Positions 31,038 through 39,917 of a DNA stretch of 64,000 nucleotides are shown piece by piece (within the stretch, counting starts at the first letter, position 1; each line of letters begins with the position of its first letter). The notes beneath the pieces are model-generated. The model ran no database searches. It was not told the origin of the DNA and was given only the letters and a program-made list of their open reading frames with translations. Both the position numbers and the translations under genes were made by a program. This DNA comes from Syntrophales bacterium (GTDB lineage: Bacteria > Desulfobacterota > Syntrophia > Syntrophales > UBA2185), in assembly GCA_035685925.1 (NCBI GenBank), contig DASRZZ010000009.1, positions 1,195-65,194 of the forward strand, in the 5' to 3' direction.

Positions 31038-31506
31038 ACGTTCTTCCCATGGTATTGACCGTTATCGTCGCCCGGGAACCCCTGCTGTTACTTAATATAA
31101 CACTATTGACGCCCGGTACCGGCGGCATTGGCGCCACAGTGCCTCTCGCGAGAAAATTAACCTGCGGCCCACCTGCGAAATCGGCATTCTGGATTACAAT
31201 ATCCGTGCTGAATTGTGAGAGAAGCTTGGTAACAACAGGACCAAGGGCAGGAGGGTTGCCCACAGCCAAGGCTTGTATGGTATAACTGTTTCCGCCATTG
31301 GCAAAAACTATTTGATATGTCGTGTTTTCAGAAATAGCTTTTTCCTTGCAGATAAAAAAGTCCGATACAATATCCCTCGCCGCCGATTTTAGATTTCTGT
31401 TTGTCGTGTAGTTGACCAGGTTTAATCCTGCGATAGCTGCAATGATTCCTATTAGACAAATGACTATTATCATCTCAATAAGCGAAAATCCTCGACAACG
31501 TTTCAT
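31015..31506 (-). CDS. FimT/FimU (GspH-like) minor pilin
   Basis: MKRCRGFSLIEMIIVICLIGIIAAIA prepilin leader. The start at 31506 lies 1 nt after the stop of the upstream dsbC-like gene. Confidence 0.7.
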   Translation of the reverse strand: MKRCRGFSLIEMIIVICLIGIIAAIAGLNLVNYTTNRNLKSAARDIVSDFFICKEKAISENTTYQIVFANGGNSYTIQALAVGNPPALGPVVTKLLSQFSTDIVIQNADFAGGPQVNFLARGTVAPMPPVPGVNSVILSNSRGSRATITVNTMGRTYVTFNIM

Positions 31507-31507
31507 A

Positions 31508-32386
31508 TTAGTTCTTCCCGTCAATAAGGTCTAACAGTTCCGCCTCGGGTAGAGCCCCTATTCTGAGCCTGCCATCTGGCAGTATCAGTGCTGGCGTTCC
31601 TCCTATGCCGAGCGACTTGGCAAGCTTCATGGAATCGTCTATCTCGGCGGTCGCGCACTCCGTCTTCGGTATCTCCTTCTTTTCAAAGCTCTCCTCTAAC
31701 ATTTTCATAGATTTGTTGCAGACAATGCTCTTTGCCTTCCAGTAGGCATCCTTATGAAACTCTAAGGGTAAGAACTTGATATAGAAGGCTATATCCTTCC
31801 TCTTGGCTACGATTTGTTTCATTGTCTGGTGGAGCTGTGCGCAGAAGGGACAATCAGGATCCGTAAATACCACTATTTTTTTCGCAGCATCCTTCTCCCC
31901 TAGAACGAGTGCATTATTCAGAGGTATCTTGGCTGTATCGATCCTTTTTTTATCCTCAATCCTCCGAATAGCCTCTGTGGTCTTGTTAGTCATGGTAGAC
32001 ACTTCCACCAAAGAACCAATAATGAGGTAGTTCTTATGGACGTCAAGATAGAATATCCGCGTCTGCCCCATGATATCGACAACTACTTCGCAGAGGCCAT
32101 TTATAGGACTTTCTGCGACGCTTATTACCGCGGCGTTAGGCACATTTAACTTCTTTAATATCTCGTGTATCCCTTCCCCGCCTAAAGAGATGCAACTCCC
32201 CTTTGCCTGATTCTCTTCTGAGCCCCACGCCATGCCATGTCCTGCAGGAACAGAGACAAAAAGTAACGCAACAGATAGACATAAGAAAAGAAACAATAAG
32301 TTTTTCCCTGTCAAATGAGCCTCCTTTATTGCTATTGTTTTGGCGTTTTCTATCTCATACTTTCTGAGTGAAATCAAGAAATCCAT
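31508..32386 (-). CDS. DsbC-family thiol:disulfide interchange protein
   Basis: Signal/TM segment, a DsbC-like N-terminal domain, and a thioredoxin fold with FTDPDCPFCAQLH (CxxC) and GTPALILPDG (cis-Pro loop). Confidence 0.75.
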   Translation of the reverse strand: MDFLISLRKYEIENAKTIAIKEAHLTGKNLLFLFLCLSVALLFVSVPAGHGMAWGSEENQAKGSCISLGGEGIHEILKKLNVPNAAVISVAESPINGLCEVVVDIMGQTRIFYLDVHKNYLIIGSLVEVSTMTNKTTEAIRRIEDKKRIDTAKIPLNNALVLGEKDAAKKIVVFTDPDCPFCAQLHQTMKQIVAKRKDIAFYIKFLPLEFHKDAYWKAKSIVCNKSMKMLEESFEKKEIPKTECATAEIDDSMKLAKSLGIGGTPALILPDGRLRIGALPEAELLDLIDGKN

Positions 32387-33113
32387 TCCCCGGAGATGCT
32401 CAATGGCAAAGTGTATTTAGCAATGTGCCAGCGTCCAAACGGTCCAGAAGGGCGTCGAAAAATAAAGCGGCCGCTGGTTTGCTTCAACGCAGAAGGTCAT
32501 ATCAAAACAAGGAGGATTTGGGCCAGTGACATTATTTTGCATCCTTTCGGACAGTTTGCCTTTTACAGGACAAAATTTCAAAGTTTACAATATCCCCCTT
32601 AAAGAGCCTTCATATTATTCCTGTCCTTTTGGCCGATGTAAGTTCCCACAAAAATCAGGCAGGTTTTGATAGCTTTAACATCCTAGTCTATAGCTATTCG
32701 GTGACAAGCATCACCGAAATATTAACAAACCTGAAATTACTGACACCTTATTGAGAACTTTTTGTTTTTCCACACGGAATTTATAAGAAACTATTTATCG
32801 GCATTAGCATGCCACCTAATTTGACATACAGGTCTGTACCGCGGATAAGTTCTCATGCCTTTAATTATTAAAAATTAGAATGTCTTTCATCAAATCTAAG
32901 AGAGAAAAGTTTTTTGAATTCTTACTGACGATGCATTATTTTGACCAAATTATATTTGTGAAATTCATCTGAAAACTAGCTTATAATTACTATGTTTTTT
33001 CGATTAAACAGACTTGGATTTTCTTGCTTGACACGGTATGGGTGCTGTGTTACAGCTCACACCTGTCCGGGCTCTAGCAGGAAAATTCGTTAAGATTCAA
33101 GATACATGACCAT

Positions 33114-33812
33114 ATGGACGATACGGCCATCAAAGAAAGAGCGGAGTTTCTTTCCATAGCAGGAGCCTACATAGATAAGAATTTGTATAAAGAGGCGCAG
33201 CATGTAGCCGAATCGTGGCTCAAGCGTTATCCCATAGATGCTGAAGCGAATATCATCCGCTGCCACGCCCTGCTTAAAACGGGGAATCTTGAAAAAGTCA
33301 GTGCCCTCCTCGATGACTTGGAAGCCAAGGTCCTTGAATTATCTCGCATCTATCATCGTGTCGGAGACCTTTGCCTGGATGCAGGCCTCACTAAAGAGGC
33401 GATAAAATTTTATAGGAAATTTATATTCCTGAATCCCGCTGCAGAGAGTGCAAAAGAAGTGTATAAGAAGATCAATGCCCTCGCAGCCTATATAGATGAT
33501 TCATCCTCTGAAAGAGATGCAAATGCGTACAGCAATACTGACCACGTTGCCTCTGATTTCTGTACCACAACTCTCGCCGAACTTTACATCAGACAGGGTC
33601 ACCTTGATATGGCTCTCAGTGTGCTGGGCGAGGTCCTCAAAAGAGAACCTGAAAACAGAATGGTGGCGGATAGGTTAAACGATGTTATGGCAATGCAACG
33701 TGACGGCATCAGAGAAAATACCGCTTTGCATATGAAACAAAATGAGATCGTAATAAGAGAGCTCACAAGATGGCTTGAAAATATCGACAGGTTAAGAAGC
33801 GATGTATTGTGA
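33114..33812 (+). CDS. TPR-repeat protein
   Basis: TPR-like repeats are readable in the translation, e.g. LAELYIRQGHLDMALSVLGEVLKREPEN. Confidence 0.6.
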   Translation: MDDTAIKERAEFLSIAGAYIDKNLYKEAQHVAESWLKRYPIDAEANIIRCHALLKTGNLEKVSALLDDLEAKVLELSRIYHRVGDLCLDAGLTKEAIKFYRKFIFLNPAAESAKEVYKKINALAAYIDDSSSERDANAYSNTDHVASDFCTTTLAELYIRQGHLDMALSVLGEVLKREPENRMVADRLNDVMAMQRDGIRENTALHMKQNEIVIRELTRWLENIDRLRSDVL

Positions 33813-34890
33813 TTCTCCGGCGTTTCCGAAGAGGATGGAGAGAGTAAAGGGCATCCTTCATGACCTTAATGTTGGTGCCCTGCTCTTTCTCGATATGCAT
33901 AACATACGCTATCTCACCGGTTTCACGGGCAGTGACGGCGCGCTCGTTTTGGGAAAAGATCAAGAGACCCTCCTTGTTGACGGCCGCTATACTAATCAGG
34001 CAAGAAAGGAAGTTAAGGGCCCCCGCGTCAGCGAGTACAAGGAAAAGATAGACGGGCTTGCGGCAACCCTTTCCGAGGGTAGTTTAAGATCCGTAGGATT
34101 TGAACCGCAGGCGATGAGTGCCAACATCTATTTGAACCTGACGGAAAAAGTAGGCGGGTTGAAGTTAAAGCCGATGTCCGACCAAATCGGCACCCTCAGA
34201 GCGGTCAAGGAAGAAAACGAAATAGCACTTATTAAGAAAGCAGCGGACATATCATGTGAGGCTCTTTCTGCTGTTCTCGGCCTCATAAAGCCTGGTGTAA
34301 AAGAGAAGGATTTAGCAATTGAGCTGGATTTTCTGATGAGAAGATGCGGTGCAGAACAAGTTTCATTCCCCACGATTGTGGCGTCGGGACCGAACTCAGC
34401 ACAACCCCACGCACAACCAGGTTCGCGGGCGATCGAAAATGGTGACATTGTCATAATAGATTGCGGCGCTGTATATTGCGGTTATCACTCTGATCAAACC
34501 TCTACATTTGCTGTTGGCTATAAAGACAGGAGAAAGGAAGAGGCATACTCCTTGGTAAAGACCGCCCATGATCTGGCATTGGAGGCAGTCAAAGCGGGCA
34601 TGCCTTGTGCGGATATAGATCGCATTGCCAGAGAGTGCATCGAGGCTGGCAAATTGGGTAGGTATTTCACGCACGGCACAGGCCATGGTGTCGGACTTGA
34701 CGTTCACGAAGCGCCACGGATAGCCGGCAATTCGGAAATGGTCCTTGAAGCAGGGATGGTAGTGACCATAGAGCCGGGCGTCTATATCCCTGACTTCTGG
34801 GGCGTACGCATTGAAGACATGATATTGGTTAAAGAGGACGGCAGTGAGGTCTTGACGAAAGCATCGAAGGACTTCATGGTACTCCACTAA
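33802..34890 (+). CDS. pepP: M24B Xaa-Pro aminopeptidase/dipeptidase
   Basis: Creatinase-like N-domain and metal ligand motifs: DCGAVYCGYHSD, HGTGHGVGLDVHE, TIEPG, IED. Confidence 0.85.
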   Translation: MYCDSPAFPKRMERVKGILHDLNVGALLFLDMHNIRYLTGFTGSDGALVLGKDQETLLVDGRYTNQARKEVKGPRVSEYKEKIDGLAATLSEGSLRSVGFEPQAMSANIYLNLTEKVGGLKLKPMSDQIGTLRAVKEENEIALIKKAADISCEALSAVLGLIKPGVKEKDLAIELDFLMRRCGAEQVSFPTIVASGPNSAQPHAQPGSRAIENGDIVIIDCGAVYCGYHSDQTSTFAVGYKDRRKEEAYSLVKTAHDLALEAVKAGMPCADIDRIARECIEAGKLGRYFTHGTGHGVGLDVHEAPRIAGNSEMVLEAGMVVTIEPGVYIPDFWGVRIEDMILVKEDGSEVLTKASKDFMVLH

Positions 34891-34938
34891 TTTTCTAAAA
34901 GAAGCACTACAATAATTAATGTACTAGGATGTCGCGAT

Positions 34939-35337
34939 ATGAAGGTATTTCCAGATGATCTTCTTTATAATAGGGAGCATGCGTGGGTAAGGGTTGAGGG
35001 TGAATTAGCTACCATCGGTATCACAGATTACGCCCAGGAAAAATTGGGAGAAATTCTGGCAATAGAACTCCCGGAAGTTGATTCTTATGTGGAGAGGGAT
35101 GAACCGTTCGGCACTATTGAATCTGCAAAGGGTGTTTTCGAGCTTATTTCACCCGTGAGCGGCGAAGTGGTAAATGTCAATGAAGACATATTGGACGATA
35201 TCGGTATTGTAAACAGCGATCCTCACGACACTGGATGGATGATTACTCTGGAGATGTCGGATTCGGAGGAGCTTGATGACCTTCTGGACTCTAGAGAATA
35301 CCACGACTTTGTGCTTAAAGAAGCGGAGAGTGACTGA
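34939..35337 (+). CDS. gcvH: Glycine cleavage system protein H
   Basis: EHAWVR..., ITDYAQEKLGEI and lipoyl-lysine context ESAKGVFELISPVSGEV. Confidence 0.9.
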   Translation: MKVFPDDLLYNREHAWVRVEGELATIGITDYAQEKLGEILAIELPEVDSYVERDEPFGTIESAKGVFELISPVSGEVVNVNEDILDDIGIVNSDPHDTGWMITLEMSDSEELDDLLDSREYHDFVLKEAESD

Positions 35338-35346
35338 ACTTATTTC

Positions 35347-36189
35347 ATGATATGGAGATTCATCTCATTCAATAGGTTAAATGCCTTTGAAAACATGGCC
35401 ATTGATGAGGCCATATTTAGAGAAAATCAACGGACCTATGCACCGCCTACCCTCAGATTTTACAGTTGGTCCCCTCCATCAGTGTCGCTAGGATATTTTC
35501 AGTCAACATGTAAAGAAGTCAATGTCGAGGCATGTCGACGATATTCCGTAGATATCGTCCGTCGTCCAACGGGCGGGAAGGCTGTTCTTCATGAAAATGA
35601 TCTTACCTATGCAGTGATAGCAAGTGAGCGTAACCCTCTCTTCCCGCCGGACATCTTAGGAACATATAAGGTCATCAGCGGCTGTGTTGCCGGCGGGCTA
35701 TCGGAGCTCGGCATAGTAGCCGAGATGAAAGGTGAAGGGAGATCGAATCCTGACGATTTCCTGAAAGCTGCTTGTTTCTCGTCGCCGTCCCGCTATGAGC
35801 TTCTGGTAAAAAGAAAGAAAATATGCGGCAGTGCTCAACTGAGGTCGAAGGGCGTCTTCCTTCAGCATGGCTCAATCCTGGTGGATTTTGACCCGGTCAA
35901 AACATGTGCTCTCCTGCTGCCGCAGGATGGCGACCAGACCCAGCTAGCCAAGAAGTTGCACGGGTCCGTGACATCGGTACATGAGCAAGTTGGCGCGTCC
36001 GTGTCCATCGAAAATATCTGCCATGCCGTAAAAAAAGGTTTTGAGAAGAAACTGGATATCAAGCTCGTGGAGGGATGTTTAACCCTCGAAGAGGAGTCCT
36101 TGAAGTTACGACTGATGAATGATAAATATATGAATGATAAATGGAATATGGAAGGAAAGGTTCAAGATGGATCTGGGAACTCTGATTAA
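35347..36189 (+). CDS. Lipoate-protein ligase / octanoyltransferase family protein (LplA/LipM-like)
   Basis: BPL/LPL catalytic domain: LRFYSW.PPSVSLGYFQ, RRPTGGKAVLHENDLTY, KICGSAQLR. Adjacent to gcvH. Confidence 0.8.
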   Translation: MIWRFISFNRLNAFENMAIDEAIFRENQRTYAPPTLRFYSWSPPSVSLGYFQSTCKEVNVEACRRYSVDIVRRPTGGKAVLHENDLTYAVIASERNPLFPPDILGTYKVISGCVAGGLSELGIVAEMKGEGRSNPDDFLKAACFSSPSRYELLVKRKKICGSAQLRSKGVFLQHGSILVDFDPVKTCALLLPQDGDQTQLAKKLHGSVTSVHEQVGASVSIENICHAVKKGFEKKLDIKLVEGCLTLEEESLKLRLMNDKYMNDKWNMEGKVQDGSGNSD

Positions 36190-37231
36190 GAAGGAGGTGC
36201 GAGAACAGCAAGGCTATCGGGCCGACGCCACGCCCTATCGCACCAGAATGGATGCGAACGAGAGCCCCTTTTCACTCCCCCCCCTTCTTAAAACAAAACT
36301 GTTCAAGGAGATGAAAAATGTTGCCCTGAACAGGTACCCGGAACCAGGTGCTACCTTAATCAGGAAACGCTTTGCCGAACACTACGGAGTCCCTGATGAT
36401 ATGATAATGATCGGTAACGGGTCTGATGAACTTATCCAGATCCTCTGCACCGCGTTGGCAAAGCCACAATCAGTCGTCATGGTTCCGGCGCCGACTTTTG
36501 TCATGTACGGGATTATCGCATCAAATGCCGGTCATGCGGTAGCAGAAGTGCCCCTTAATGCCTTCTTTGATTTAGACCTCGATGCAATGCTCACCCGGGT
36601 TGCAACAGACGCACCAGTCCTGACCTTCCTAAGTTATCCCAACAGTCCTACAGCAAACTGCTTCAGCGAAAAGAGCATAGCGGCTATTGTCGAGGCATCA
36701 ACAGGAATTGTGGTCGTTGATGAGGCATACGGGAGCTTCTCGGGGAAAACATTTCTGCCTTTATTGAAAAAGCATGATAACCTTGTTATCTTAAAGACCC
36801 TGTCTAAAGTGGGACTTGCCGCCATGCGGATAGGATTCTTAATCGCCGCACCGTCTCTCGTCCATGAACTCGACAAGGTAAGGCTGCCATACAATATTAA
36901 TGCCCTTTCGCAGGTTGCTGCCGGGTTCTATTTGAATCATATTGACACCTTTCTAGGCCAGATGCGGGAGATAATTGCAAGTCGGGAAGAACTTCTGAGC
37001 GCTCTTGGGAAGATTCAAGGTATAAATCCCTATCCTTCAGATGCAAATTTCATTTTTTTTAGTTGCGATTTTGATGCAGATACCATATACTCGAAGCTGG
37101 TCGAGGAGGGAATTCTTGTCAAGAACCTCAACTCCCCCGGGATTCTGAAGAATTGTATGAGAGTAACGGTTGGTAGCCGTGAAGAAAACAAAGAATTTTT
37201 AAAGGTGTTAAAGAAAATCCTTTTGAAGTAA
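36167..37231 (+). CDS. hisC: Histidinol-phosphate aminotransferase
   Basis: MDANESPF, NGSDELI, YPNSPT, and LSKVGLAAMRIGF (PLP lysine). Start taken at the ATG at 36167. Confidence 0.85.
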   Translation: MDLGTLIKKEVREQQGYRADATPYRTRMDANESPFSLPPLLKTKLFKEMKNVALNRYPEPGATLIRKRFAEHYGVPDDMIMIGNGSDELIQILCTALAKPQSVVMVPAPTFVMYGIIASNAGHAVAEVPLNAFFDLDLDAMLTRVATDAPVLTFLSYPNSPTANCFSEKSIAAIVEASTGIVVVDEAYGSFSGKTFLPLLKKHDNLVILKTLSKVGLAAMRIGFLIAAPSLVHELDKVRLPYNINALSQVAAGFYLNHIDTFLGQMREIIASREELLSALGKIQGINPYPSDANFIFFSCDFDADTIYSKLVEEGILVKNLNSPGILKNCMRVTVGSREENKEFLKVLKKILLK

Positions 37232-37270
37232 GGAGTGTGGTCTGAAATAGGGTAACAGAGGGTAGATTAC

Positions 37271-37311
37271 GGCAGAGGCGAAAATCGTCGCGCCGTACTG
37301 CCCTTTTTTTG
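37271..37311 (+). terminator. Intrinsic terminator after hisC
   Basis: GGCAGAGGCG...CGCCGTACTGCC imperfect stem followed by CTTTTTTT. Confidence 0.5.
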
Positions 37312-37379
37312 TCCTCTTTTGGCTCAACATTTGAGAAATTTATATCTCGTTAAAAAATTAAAGGAAAGGAAGTGTTGTT

Positions 37380-37571
37380 TTGGAAGTAAAAGTATATGAC
37401 AACGACATTGAAAAGGCTCTAAAAATCCTAAAGAACAAACTTTCTAAAAGCGGATTGTTTAAAGAACTGAAGCTGCGGAGAGCCTATGAGAAGCCGTCTG
37501 TAAAAAGGAAACGCAAAGCCATCGAAGCTCGCAGGCGTTATGCCAAGGTACAGCGCCGCAGAAGTTACTAG
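37380..37571 (+). CDS. rpsU: 30S ribosomal protein S21
   Basis: VKVYDNDIEKALKILKNKLSKSGLFKELKLRRAYEKPS..KRKRK matches S21. TTG start. Confidence 0.85.
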   Translation: MEVKVYDNDIEKALKILKNKLSKSGLFKELKLRRAYEKPSVKRKRKAIEARRRYAKVQRRRSY

Positions 37572-37650
37572 GATTTTTTTCAAGGCAAGAACCGTAATCA
37601 CCAAGTCCGGGCCCATGCCAGATGCTCTAAGAGCTCGGGGTGTACACAAA

Positions 37651-38304
37651 ATGGATGAGAAACAATATTTGATCGATGCCCTCTCGATAGAGGAATCATG
37701 GCGGATATTCCGCATCATGGCTGAATTCGTGGAAGCCATTGAAACCATGTCTCAGGTCAAAAAAGGCGTTACCATCTTTGGATCCGCAAGAGTTGGGCCT
37801 GATGATCCATACTACAAGAAGGCGGAACTTCTCGCAAAAAGGCTTGCCGAAAATGGCTTCAGTGTAATTACAGGAGGCGGCCCGGGCATCATGGAGGCAG
37901 CTAATAAGGGAGCGGCAGGAGCGGGCGGCAAATCGATAGGAATGAATATCCGTCTTCCTTTCGAGCAGAAACCAAATCCGTACGCAAATACTATTATTGA
38001 GTACAAATATTTCTTCATCCGCAAAGTAATGTTTGTAAAATACGCTGTCGCCTATGTTATCCTCCCGGGAGGCTTCGGAACGATGGATGAATTCTTCGAG
38101 GCCCTGACCCTGATTCAAACGAAAAGAATAAAGGGCTTTCCCGTTATATTGATGGGTAGCGAATACTGGCAAGGACTGCTGGGTTGGATGAAAGATACCA
38201 TGATCGGGGGCGATAAGATTGAACCGTGTGACCTCGAGCTCATACACATCATTGATGATCCGGATGAAGTAGTAAAACATATAAAGAAATTTGTCATTCT
38301 GTAA
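37651..38304 (+). CDS. LOG-family (TIGR00730) nucleotide 5'-monophosphate nucleosidase-like protein
   Basis: Motifs GGGPGIMEAANKGA and PGGFGTMDEFFE are present. Start taken at MDEKQY (37651). Confidence 0.8.
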   Translation: MDEKQYLIDALSIEESWRIFRIMAEFVEAIETMSQVKKGVTIFGSARVGPDDPYYKKAELLAKRLAENGFSVITGGGPGIMEAANKGAAGAGGKSIGMNIRLPFEQKPNPYANTIIEYKYFFIRKVMFVKYAVAYVILPGGFGTMDEFFEALTLIQTKRIKGFPVILMGSEYWQGLLGWMKDTMIGGDKIEPCDLELIHIIDDPDEVVKHIKKFVIL

Positions 38305-38475
38305 AAACCCTGTAATATTGTCTGATACCTACATCCAGTTGGTGTTGAATTGTCATGTCGGGCAAGCGATTTCCGGGCGCATATTAAGATTCCTCGCTCG
38401 CATGTGGAATGACAGGCGATTAAAACATACCTTCATAATAGAAGAATCTTCACGACACCACAGCCAGCACACGTA

Positions 38476-39828
38476 ATGGATTTTGAAAAGACACTGACTG
38501 AACTCAAAAAAGGGAATGCGCGCCCTTCTCCCTGTTATCTCCTGTACGGTGAAGAAGAATATCTGCTCAAAGATGCCCTGAATAAGATCATAGCTGCCGT
38601 CATCCCTGCAGGCGACAAAGACATGAATCTTTTCTTCATGGATGGAGAGAATGAAGATCTAGATGGCCTTTGCGAAACCATCCTGACACCTCCTCTCATC
38701 CCGGGAAGAAAAATTGTTGTCCTGACAAATACTCGCCTTTTTCAAACACGAACATTCCTTCCAGATATAGTACAAAAAATTCGACAAAATTTTGAAAATG
38801 ACCCTGATACGGCGCTCAGGTATTTTGTGCAATTTTTAAAGACTACAGGCTGGTATATCGATGATCTCCGAGACGGTGGTTGGAAAGAAATTACTAGCGA
38901 CAACTGGCGGAAAACTGTTCAGGGCGACAGTGGAGATGATCGTGAAACCTGGCTTCCCGAAATGATCGGGACCTTTATAAACCGCGGAATGGATGTAAGA
39001 GAGCAGAGAGGGGTTGTGGAACGTCTTGAAGATACCCTGAAAAAAGGCATTCCGGAAGGCATTCACCTGATTATAACGGCAGATGCAGTGGACAAGAGGA
39101 AGAGGCTTTTCAAGATTATTTCCGAAACCGGAGTGGTACTCGATTTTTCCCGTCTTAAGGGTGACGCGAGGCAGAAGAATGCCCTAATGGATGCGGCAAA
39201 AGATCTTTTGGCTCAAAGTAGGAAAAAACCTACGCCAAGCGCATGGATTGCTATCGGAAGGAAGACAGGGTTTAACCTTGCCGATTCCATGAAAGCCTTG
39301 GAAACGTTAATCGCCTACACAGGTGATAAAACATCGATAGAAGAATCGGATGTCGAAGAGGTCGTGGGAAAAACGAAGGAAGACACAGTCTTTGATTTAA
39401 CAGGCGCTCTTGCCGGGAGAAAATTGGATAAAGCTTTGTCAAATCTGAAAGATCTCTTCGATCGGGGTATAAACCACGTGTTGATCCTGTCGATGATAGC
39501 GAGGGAAATCAGGCTTCTCCTCCATGCCAAGATGTTAATTGGATCGGAAAATTTTGAAACTTTCGGAATTAATTTGGACTATGAAACATTTCAGAGATCA
39601 GTCTATCCGCTCATCCTGCAATGGAGAAACGATAAAGGAGTAAAAAGCAGTCTGGATGGCCAGCATCCGTATGTCATCTATAACGCCATAAAAAACTCTC
39701 ATCGCTTCTCATACGACCATCTGGTGAAGTATTTACAGAACCTCGCCGACATGGACCTTGCCTTCAAGACCACGGTGAAAGAGCCTAAGTTTATGCTGGA
39801 ACGTTTCATTATGGACGTATGCACATAG
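38476..39828 (+). CDS. holA: DNA polymerase III delta subunit-like protein (long form)
   Basis: The N-terminus (CYLLYGEEEYLLKDAL) and C-terminal helical domain resemble HolA. It is about 100 aa longer than typical, through an internal insertion. Confidence 0.65.
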   Translation: MDFEKTLTELKKGNARPSPCYLLYGEEEYLLKDALNKIIAAVIPAGDKDMNLFFMDGENEDLDGLCETILTPPLIPGRKIVVLTNTRLFQTRTFLPDIVQKIRQNFENDPDTALRYFVQFLKTTGWYIDDLRDGGWKEITSDNWRKTVQGDSGDDRETWLPEMIGTFINRGMDVREQRGVVERLEDTLKKGIPEGIHLIITADAVDKRKRLFKIISETGVVLDFSRLKGDARQKNALMDAAKDLLAQSRKKPTPSAWIAIGRKTGFNLADSMKALETLIAYTGDKTSIEESDVEEVVGKTKEDTVFDLTGALAGRKLDKALSNLKDLFDRGINHVLILSMIAREIRLLLHAKMLIGSENFETFGINLDYETFQRSVYPLILQWRNDKGVKSSLDGQHPYVIYNAIKNSHRFSYDHLVKYLQNLADMDLAFKTTVKEPKFMLERFIMDVCT

Positions 39829-39917
39829 ACAAACAGGGCAAAACCCCATGGTTAATTGTGGTAGTAAGCTCCCCTTTCTCACCTGCAACATAACATTTCT
39901 CTGAGGAAGCTGTTTCT

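Noticed and set aside
32416-32431. TGGCAC-containing sequence on the minus strand upstream of the dsbC-like gene
   Set aside because: The following TTGC lies only about 8 nt from the GG, which is incompatible with a sigma54 promoter.
32396-32602. 68-aa plus-strand ORF in the 727-bp gap
   Set aside because: No SD, no motif, and it begins immediately at the divergent dsbC-like start. It is probably chance.
38291-38476. 61-aa plus-strand ORF between the LOG gene and holA
   Set aside because: It overlaps the LOG stop, and has no SD and no recognisable family.
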